Source of the DNA: an uncultured Candidatus Micrarchaeota archaeon
GTDB taxonomy: Archaea; Micrarchaeota; Micrarchaeia; Burarchaeales; Fermentimicrarchaeaceae
Reading direction: 5' to 3'
Length of the DNA stretch: 51,558 nucleotides
Assembly: GCA_903921825.1 (NCBI GenBank)
Contig: CAIXRF010000020.1
Coordinates: 1 to 51,558 of the forward strand
Shown here one piece after another: positions 9,418 to 15,758 of this stretch. Made by a program: the position numbers and the translations under genes. Positions within the stretch are counted from its first letter, which is position 1. Each line of letters starts with the position of its first letter. The notes beneath the pieces were generated by a model. That model was given only the letters and a program-made list of their open reading frames with translations, was not told where the DNA came from and did no database searches.

Positions 9418-10080
9418 ATGCCAAAAATAAGGGCGGTCTTCTTCGACATAGACAACACGCTCTTTCCCACGGACAAATTCGCGGAGTTCGCCAGAAGGCG
9501 GGCAATAAGGGCGATGGTGAAGGCGGGCCTCAAGGCAAGCGAGGGGAAGGCATACCGCACGCTCACGCACGTCGTGAGGAAGCACGGCTCCAACTACCCC
9601 CAGCATTTCGACAGGCTGCTCGAGCGCCTCGGAGCGCCACGCGACCCGAAGCTCATCGCTGCAGGCATACTCGCGTACCACCAAGCCAAGTCGGAGCTGA
9701 AGCCTTACCCGGACGTTCCGCCAACCCTATGCGCCCTGCGCAGGAAAGGCCTCCCACTCTACGCACTTTCCCGCGGAATCGCGGTCAAGCAGTGGGACAA
9801 GCTCATCCTGCTGGGCCTCGGGAATCTTTTCGATGGCGTTTTCGTCACGAATAGAAAAGACGTGCACTTCTACTCACGCGTCATCCGCAAGCTGCGGCTC
9901 CAGCCTTCCTCCGTGGTGATGGTCGGAGACAACCCAAGGATAGACACAGCTCCCGCAAGGCGGGCAGGCATCACCACGGTTAGGCTCATAAAAGGCAAGC
10001 ACGCGAAGGAGAAGGGCGCGGCGGACTTCAGGATTCATTCGATGCGGGAACTCCCGCGCATCTTGCGAAGGGTGAAATGA
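9418..10080 (+). CDS. HAD-superfamily hydrolase
   Basis: Motif I is VFFDIDNTL and motif IV is MVGDNPRIDTAPARRAG. Confidence 0.8.
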   Translation: MPKIRAVFFDIDNTLFPTDKFAEFARRRAIRAMVKAGLKASEGKAYRTLTHVVRKHGSNYPQHFDRLLERLGAPRDPKLIAAGILAYHQAKSELKPYPDVPPTLCALRRKGLPLYALSRGIAVKQWDKLILLGLGNLFDGVFVTNRKDVHFYSRVIRKLRLQPSSVVMVGDNPRIDTAPARRAGITTVRLIKGKHAKEKGAADFRIHSMRELPRILRRVK

Positions 10081-10982
10081 TGCAGCTGGAAGCGAAGGAA
10101 CTCGAGGCATATGAGCGCGCGGGCCACATAGCCCACTCGGCGCTCCACATGGCGAAAGGGCTTACGAAGCCGGGCGTGAAGCTGCTCGAAATAGCCGAGA
10201 AGACGGAAGCATACATCATCGAGCAGGGCGCGAAGCCTGCATTCCCGGTGAACCTCTCAGCCAATGAGGCGGCGGCCCACTACACTCCAGAGAAAGACGA
10301 CGCGACATTGGTGGGCGAGAAGGACCTATTGAAAATAGACGTGGGCGTCCACGTCGATGGCTTCATAGCGGACAACGCGCTCACACTCGACTTCTCCGGC
10401 GAGCACGGGAAGCTCGTGGAAGCATCAGAAAACGCCCTCAACACCGCAACCTCCTCTGCGAAGGCAGGCGCAAAGCTCTCCGACTTGGGCGCTGCGGTTG
10501 AATCCGCGATAAAGGGGTTCGGCTTCCGGCCGATAGAGAACCTCACCGGCCACCTACTCGGCAGGTATGAGCTTCACGCTGGGCTCGAGATACCGAACAT
10601 AGCAACAAAGGACGGCCGCGCCCTTGAGGAGGGGCAGGTGATTGCAATCGAGCCCTTCGCAACCACTGGCCAGGGCCGCGTGGGCGAGGCGCAGAAGGTC
10701 GAAATCTTCTCCCTTGTTGAGAGCAGGCCTACGCGGATGAGGGAGGCCCGCCGCCTCCTCTCCTTCGTCGAGTCGAACTACAGGACCCTGCCGTTTGCCG
10801 AACGCTGGCTCCGTGAGCAGTTCCCCTCGAAACTCTTCCTTCACAGCGCAATAAGGGAGCTCGTCCTCTCCGAAGCCCTAGAGCAATATCCAGTGCTCAA
10901 GGAGGTGAAGAGCGGGATGGTTTCGCAGGCCGAGCTCACCATCCTGGTTGAGCGCGACGGTGCCCGCATCCTGACGCACTAG
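10077..10982 (+). CDS. map: Methionine aminopeptidase, type 2 (archaeal)
   Basis: AGHIAHSAL...FPVNLSANEAAAHYTP, IDVGVHVDGFIADNA, HLLGRYELHAG and IEPFAT motifs. ATGA overlap with the HAD gene. Confidence 0.9.
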   Translation: MMQLEAKELEAYERAGHIAHSALHMAKGLTKPGVKLLEIAEKTEAYIIEQGAKPAFPVNLSANEAAAHYTPEKDDATLVGEKDLLKIDVGVHVDGFIADNALTLDFSGEHGKLVEASENALNTATSSAKAGAKLSDLGAAVESAIKGFGFRPIENLTGHLLGRYELHAGLEIPNIATKDGRALEEGQVIAIEPFATTGQGRVGEAQKVEIFSLVESRPTRMREARRLLSFVESNYRTLPFAERWLREQFPSKLFLHSAIRELVLSEALEQYPVLKEVKSGMVSQAELTILVERDGARILTH

Positions 10983-11773
10983 CCAGTGTAGCTGACGAGT
11001 TCTGTCGTAGTGTTGGAAGCGACCATCTTCACTGGGACGGCTATCGTCGCCACTTGCCATACATCCGCGGTGTATGTGCCGCTGGCGCTCGTGCTGACCA
11101 CGCGTATCTTCGTCGCAGGCCCGGTATATGCAGGCACGCTCACCTGCTCGACCCCGACCGTCGTAATCGTAGTCTGCGATCCAATCGGCTCACCTGTCCC
11201 CTGCCCGGCCGCGGGGCATTGCCCCGGAATCGTCTGTCCTGAAAACACCGATTCCGCCTTCACGCACCGGCACCCTACCTTGGCATCCCATTCTCTTGCA
11301 GTAACCGTGGTTCCGCTTGTGTTCATAGTCGCCGTCCTGAGCACAGTGTCTACTCCCTCAACAGTTCCGCCTTCGCCTGTCGTGTACTGCAGGACCAGAG
11401 TTGTATTCTCAGTTATGACGCGGTATGTATAGCTTAGGCCTGCCTGTGCGCAGCCGAACACATTCTCCCACGTCGCGTTTCCTCCTGCCGGAGTGGGGGT
11501 GGGAAGCTCGCCTGGCGTTTCAGTCGGTGAAGCAGGCGGAGTCTCGGCCGGAGTTTCTGTTTCCTCTACAGTGGGCGTTTCCGCAGGCGTCTCCGTGGTC
11601 TCAGCCGTAGCATTCGCGGTCGGAGTCACAGCCGGCGTTTCCGTAGTCCCGGGCGTCATATGCGGGCTCGGTGTCGGAGTTGCACCGCCCCCGCCAAGGC
11701 CAAAGCAGCCGTACAAAAGCAGCGCAGCAACAGCCACCATGATAACACCAAGAATCCGCCCCATCCAAATCAC
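10979..11773 (-). CDS. Lipobox-like secreted protein: ET/PT-rich linker plus a conserved ~165-aa domain (paralog of 41655-42986)
   Basis: Signal with LLLYGCFGLGGG, a long TPxxTP/ETP linker, then a domain sharing the motifs W.NVFGCA, GCRCVK, VSVPAYTGPATKIRV and VPVK with the N-terminal half of the 443-aa protein. Confidence 0.7.
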   Translation of the reverse strand: MIWMGRILGVIMVAVAALLLYGCFGLGGGGATPTPSPHMTPGTTETPAVTPTANATAETTETPAETPTVEETETPAETPPASPTETPGELPTPTPAGGNATWENVFGCAQAGLSYTYRVITENTTLVLQYTTGEGGTVEGVDTVLRTATMNTSGTTVTAREWDAKVGCRCVKAESVFSGQTIPGQCPAAGQGTGEPIGSQTTITTVGVEQVSVPAYTGPATKIRVVSTSASGTYTADVWQVATIAVPVKMVASNTTTELVSYTG

Positions 11774-11794
11774 CCGAAGGGCTTTCGCCCCGGC

Positions 11795-11803
11795 TATTTA
11801 AAT
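11795..11803. promoter_or_regulatory. Near-palindromic TATA box (TATTTAAAT) shared by the divergent tRNA-Arg and the 10979-11773 gene
   Basis: It lies 27 nt upstream of tRNA position 1 (11830) and 22-30 nt upstream of the ATG at 11773 on the other strand. Confidence 0.4.
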
Positions 11804-11829
11804 CCCTGCGCCGCGCGTAATTAACCCGC

Positions 11830-11946
11830 GGGCCCGTAGCGCAACTGGATAGCGCGGCTGGCTTCGAACCAGATGGTTGGGGGTTCGAACGCAAGTTCGC
11901 TTGCGCGAACAGCGCATTCGGCTTGCCGAATTTCCCCTCGGGCCCG
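11830..11946 (+). tRNA. tRNA-Arg (anticodon UCG) with a 43-nt intron (11890-11932) between positions 59 and 60 of the T-loop
   Basis: Hand-folded cloverleaf. Acceptor GGGCCCG/CGGGCCC; U8 A9; D stem GCGC/GCGC with A14, G18 G19 and A21; anticodon stem GCUGG/CCAGA; loop CU-UCG-AA; T stem GGGGG/CCCCU. Spliced T-loop reads TTCGAAT. No CCA is encoded. A T-run (ctttttg) follows. Confidence 0.85.
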
Positions 11947-11984
11947 CTAACTCTTTTTGAAAATTGGAAAAGGAAAATAGGCGC

Positions 11985-13640
11985 CTAATCCATGCCTTCC
12001 ATTCCGCCGCCCATGCCGCCTGGCGGCATCGCGGGCGCCTTGCCCCTTGCTGCAATCATGTCATCTATCCTGAGCAGCATCTCCGCCGCCTCGCTCGCAG
12101 ATGCGATTGCCTGGGTCTTCACCTTGAGCGGCTCGATTATGCCGAGCTTCTTCATGTCGTCTATCTTTCCGGCATAGACATCGACGCCAAGGCTCCTGTT
12201 CTCAGGCCCCTTGTGCTTGCTCCTCAGCATCACAAGGCAGTCTATCGCATCCATCCCGGCGCTTTCCGCAAGCGTGCGGGGGATGGACTCGAGCGACTCG
12301 GCGAACGCCTGTATTGCGAGCTGCTCCCTTCCTCCGACGTCGTTCGCATACTTCCTGAGCTGCTGGGCCAGTTCGACTTCGGTGCTCCCGCCGCCGGTCA
12401 CGTATTTCCCCACCTCAATCGCGGAGGAAACCGCGCCAATGGCATCCACGACGGCTCTCTCACCCTCGTTCACAACGTGCTCGGTGCTCGCGCGCACGAA
12501 GATAGTGACGCTTTTCGGGTCCTTGCACTGTTCCACGAAGACCATCTGCTCCCCGGCGACCTTCCTCTCCTCCACGATGCCCGCGCTCCCGAGGTCCTTT
12601 GCGCTAATGTCATCGAGGCTCGTGGCTATCGTCGCGTGCGTCGCCTTCGCGAGCTTATCCATGTCACTCTTCTTCACACGCCTTATTGCGACGATGCCTT
12701 TCTTTGAGAGGAAGTGCTGCGCCACGTCGTCTATCCCCTTCTGCACGAAGACAACGTTTGCGCCGCTCTTCGCAATCTTATCAACCATCTCCCTAAGCAT
12801 CTTCTCCTCCTGGTCGAGGAATGCTTGCATCTGGTCCGGGGAGGTTATCTCAATCTTCGCGTCCGTCTCCGTCTTCTCAATCTCCAATGCCGCGTCAACG
12901 AGCGCTATCTTCGCGTTCGTCACCTTCTTCGGCATCCCCGAATGGACGATTTCCTTGTCGATGACTACGCCGCTTATGAACTCGGTGTCATTTATGTCGC
13001 CGCCCTCCTTCTTCTCCACCTTTATGAAGTCGTCGTCAATCTCAATCTTCCCGTCCTTCTTCTCCGCGACCTGCTTCACTGCCTTCACAACCAGCTTTGC
13101 AAGCTTGTTCTTCGCGTCGCCAACGCCGACCGTCTTCGAGCCCATCGCGACGCTTGCAATCTTCTCAAGCGTCTCCGTGTCTTCAAGCCCCACAGGGTAG
13201 GAAATGTGCTGCAGAATCTCGTTCGCCTTCGTCGCCGCATTCTTGTAGCCGTTTATGAGCGTCGAGGCGTGTATGTTCTGGTCAAGGAGGTCTCCGGCCC
13301 TCTTCAGCATCTCGCCCGCGAGCATCACGCTCGTCGTCGTGCCGTCGCCGACCTCCTTGTCCTGCGTCTTGGCTATCTCAACCATTATCTTCGCGGCGGG
13401 GTGTTCGACGTTCATCTCCTTAAGGATTGTCGCCCCGTCGTTCGTAATCACGATGTCGCCCATGTCGCTCACGAGCATCTTGTCCATGCCCTTGGGCCCC
13501 AGCGTCGTCCGGATGGCGCTCGCCACAGCGTATGCCACAGCGATGTTCGTCCACCTTGCATCCCTTCCCTGAAGCCTGCTGCTCCCCTCGGGGAGAATCA
13601 AAACCTGCTGTCCACCAAGCTGTCCACCTTGTCCTGCCAT
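11985..13640 (-). CDS. ths: Thermosome subunit (group II chaperonin)
   Basis: [27 protein letters not shown] and VTGGGSTE motifs, with a C-terminal [11 protein letters not shown] tail. Confidence 0.97.
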   Translation of the reverse strand: MAGQGGQLGGQQVLILPEGSSRLQGRDARWTNIAVAYAVASAIRTTLGPKGMDKMLVSDMGDIVITNDGATILKEMNVEHPAAKIMVEIAKTQDKEVGDGTTTSVMLAGEMLKRAGDLLDQNIHASTLINGYKNAATKANEILQHISYPVGLEDTETLEKIASVAMGSKTVGVGDAKNKLAKLVVKAVKQVAEKKDGKIEIDDDFIKVEKKEGGDINDTEFISGVVIDKEIVHSGMPKKVTNAKIALVDAALEIEKTETDAKIEITSPDQMQAFLDQEEKMLREMVDKIAKSGANVVFVQKGIDDVAQHFLSKKGIVAIRRVKKSDMDKLAKATHATIATSLDDISAKDLGSAGIVEERKVAGEQMVFVEQCKDPKSVTIFVRASTEHVVNEGERAVVDAIGAVSSAIEVGKYVTGGGSTEVELAQQLRKYANDVGGREQLAIQAFAESLESIPRTLAESAGMDAIDCLVMLRSKHKGPENRSLGVDVYAGKIDDMKKLGIIEPLKVKTQAIASASEAAEMLLRIDDMIAARGKAPAMPPGGMGGGMEGMD

Positions 13641-13766
13641 ACCTATTACCTCCGTTAATTTCGTTCAAAAACATCGCACAAATAGCTGTGCATTTTCAAT
13701 GGGTATTTGCGCATACGGGTTTAAAAAGATTAGACCCTAACCCCTAACCTTAACTCAAAAACTCAG

Positions 13767-13928
13767 TTAATCTCTATACTTTTCAAGAAGTTCCTTTACA
13801 AGGCCCGTCCCACCCACACGCTTACCCTCCTTTTGCTTAGTCAAAACATTTAGTTTGTGCGTTTTCGGAAAAAACCGTTCTTCAATCTCCATGATTGAAC
13901 GATAAACTTCACCCCGCTTAGTTCCCAT
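13767..13928 (-). CDS. Hypothetical 53-aa protein (micro-ORF coupled to the Ntn-hydrolase-like gene)
   Basis: ATG at 13928 lies inside ...GGATGGGAACTAA, overlapping the upstream stop by 11 nt. It shares the low G+C of the upstream gene. The longest ORF starts at TTG 13955. No recognisable domain. Confidence 0.35.
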   Translation of the reverse strand: MGTKRGEVYRSIMEIEERFFPKTHKLNVLTKQKEGKRVGGTGLVKELLEKYRD

Positions 13929-15162
13929 CCTGGACACCCCCAACACAACTATCAAAAAACTGAGGATTAAGTTCCGGTCTGAAATAATGTTTGCGCTTTA
14001 TCCAAATAAAGCCATCTCCTCTTGAAATTACTGCAACATCAATTGGGCCACCAACCGTTTCGGCCACCATCGTAACTTTTCTTTTAAACGACGTAAGATT
14101 AACTAGCGATTCAGCCATCGCTGCGAGCTCACTTTTTGGAAGTATAGACACAACTTGGAGAACCGGATCGATATGAGTAGTTCTTCGATAATCCTTCAAC
14201 CGCGCTAGGTAGTTGTCGACATCCTCGCGCCTCATCTTTGCACAAATTTCGCGTATATCCGCTTCTAGCGCAGCTTCGTACTCTGGGTCTACTCCTTCCA
14301 TAAATGTGAAAACCATCTCACTTTGAGCAAACGGCATGATTGCTTGGTCAATACCATTCCCAATTTTTAGGTCCTTTGTTACCAAATACTTCAAATGGTT
14401 GTTAATTATGCACTCGAATGCGTAAGATTGCAACACGGGGAAAATGTCTTTCTCACCAAAACCCGTAATCACAACACCTGATACATTATAAGGTTGGTAA
14501 GACCCCATCGGAAACTTTGTAAATAAATATACCGCGATATCTGATAATTTCAGGATGTCGTCATGTCCTATTGGCAGTTTTTCAAAAATCTCCTCTCGGA
14601 TAACCGAAATAACCCCATTGTATTTTTTTTGGAATAATTCAAAACTACTCTTATCCATAAACTCCGCATTGGGCGCTCCTTTCTGGTATACGTGATGTTT
14701 TTCTACAATCATTTGTGTTATACTCTTCAACTTATCAAAGGTGATTTCCGACCGTTCCTTCAGCTTCAGATCTGCCTCTTCTAAGATCTCTCTCTTGATC
14801 AGAGAAAAATAACCCCGTATACTGGCTTTGATATGGTCCTCTTGCACGTGTTTCGGGAAAAGATTCCTGTCGTTCTCTAAGAACCGTATAAAATCCGCAG
14901 CATACTGTCCCAAATTCGCAAAACTTCCTTTACCCAAATGCTTCCTATACATCTTGATTATGCTCTCCCACGGGATACTCATAAAATCTGCATTACCATA
15001 AACCATTATACCTACGGGCTGGAACTTAGACAATGCAAAAATCTTGTTCGCCGATGTAATAATTTTTTGTCCTTCTCCCCTACTAACTGTTATCGCGCTA
15101 TCGGCAGCAATCGCAACAGCTTCCTTATTCATTATCACTATTTCCGCAGTCACGTTGTCCAC
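13918..15162 (-). CDS. Proteasome-beta/HslV-like Ntn-hydrolase-fold protein with a large internal insertion (orphan, low G+C)
   Basis: N-terminus MDNV-TAEIVIMNKEAVAIAADSAIT...ANKIFAL...GIMVYGNADF mimics proteasome beta Thr1/Asp17/Lys33 blocks. Later blocks are VVITGFGEKDIFP and ETVGGPIDVAVISRGDGFIWI. The composition is strongly AT-rich compared with the neighbouring genes. Confidence 0.6.
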   Translation of the reverse strand: MDNVTAEIVIMNKEAVAIAADSAITVSRGEGQKIITSANKIFALSKFQPVGIMVYGNADFMSIPWESIIKMYRKHLGKGSFANLGQYAADFIRFLENDRNLFPKHVQEDHIKASIRGYFSLIKREILEEADLKLKERSEITFDKLKSITQMIVEKHHVYQKGAPNAEFMDKSSFELFQKKYNGVISVIREEIFEKLPIGHDDILKLSDIAVYLFTKFPMGSYQPYNVSGVVITGFGEKDIFPVLQSYAFECIINNHLKYLVTKDLKIGNGIDQAIMPFAQSEMVFTFMEGVDPEYEAALEADIREICAKMRREDVDNYLARLKDYRRTTHIDPVLQVVSILPKSELAAMAESLVNLTSFKRKVTMVAETVGGPIDVAVISRGDGFIWIKRKHYFRPELNPQFFDSCVGGVQDGN

Positions 15163-15192
15163 CGTTACATCGAAATATACATAAATGAAATA

Positions 15193-15702
15193 TTAAAACT
15201 CTACTCCTTCTCTCGCCGGCACTCCCTCTGCGAACGGATGGGAAACTTCTTTCATCTCCGTCACCAAATCCGCCTTCTCAATCACTTCCTGCGGTGCATA
15301 CCTCCCAGTCAGAACGAGTTCCATCGACTTCGGCGCCTTCCGCATGAGCGCAAGCACATCGCCGAGCTTCAGCAGCCCGAACTTCAGCGCCACGTTTATC
15401 TCATCAAGAATCAAAAGGTCCGGAGGGTTCTCCTCCATCTGCTTCCTGGCGAACTTCAGCCCCTCCTGCGCAAGCTCGAAGTCTATCGGCAGGGGCTTCA
15501 GCGGGTCCACGAAATCCAGCCGACCAAATTGGTGGACCTCCATCCCCTGCAGCTTGTTGCCCAATTTGTACTCGCCCACATCCTTCCTGCCCTTGAGGAA
15601 CTGCACGACCACAACTTTCTTCCCGCTCCCTAGCGCCCTCATGGCTAGGCCGAACGCGGCAGTGGTCTTCCCCTTTCCCTCTCCAGTATACACATGAATC
15701 AT
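15193..15702 (-). CDS. cobA: Cob(I)yrinic acid a,c-diamide / cob(I)alamin adenosyltransferase (CobA/CobO/BtuR type)
   Basis: P-loop in IHVYTGEGKGKTTAAFGLAMRALG, plus VVVVQFLKG, LLILDEINVAL and VLTGR motifs. Confidence 0.9.
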   Translation of the reverse strand: MIHVYTGEGKGKTTAAFGLAMRALGSGKKVVVVQFLKGRKDVGEYKLGNKLQGMEVHQFGRLDFVDPLKPLPIDFELAQEGLKFARKQMEENPPDLLILDEINVALKFGLLKLGDVLALMRKAPKSMELVLTGRYAPQEVIEKADLVTEMKEVSHPFAEGVPAREGVEF

Positions 15703-15758
15703 GGTAAAACCCGCTTTCGCTGCCCCTGTTCTTAAATTTGCCTTCGTCGCCTGTCCAA

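Noticed and set aside
11964-13658. Plus-strand ORFs of 247, 329 and 314 aa opposite the thermosome gene
   Set aside because: These are shadow ORFs with low-complexity Ser/Leu/Arg composition. The minus strand carries complete chaperonin motifs.
13735-13754. Telomere-like ccctaacccctaaccttaac string upstream of the thermosome gene
   Set aside because: It has only about three imperfect units in a promoter region of a presumably circular archaeal chromosome. It is most likely chance or part of the island boundary, and no supporting structure was seen.
13641-15192. Flanking direct or inverted repeats (att sites, TIRs) around the AT-rich islet
   Set aside because: Only a 7-nt AAAACTC match was seen by eye, near 13758 and 15196, which is too short to support an insertion mechanism. 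No integrase, transposase or tRNA target is adjacent.
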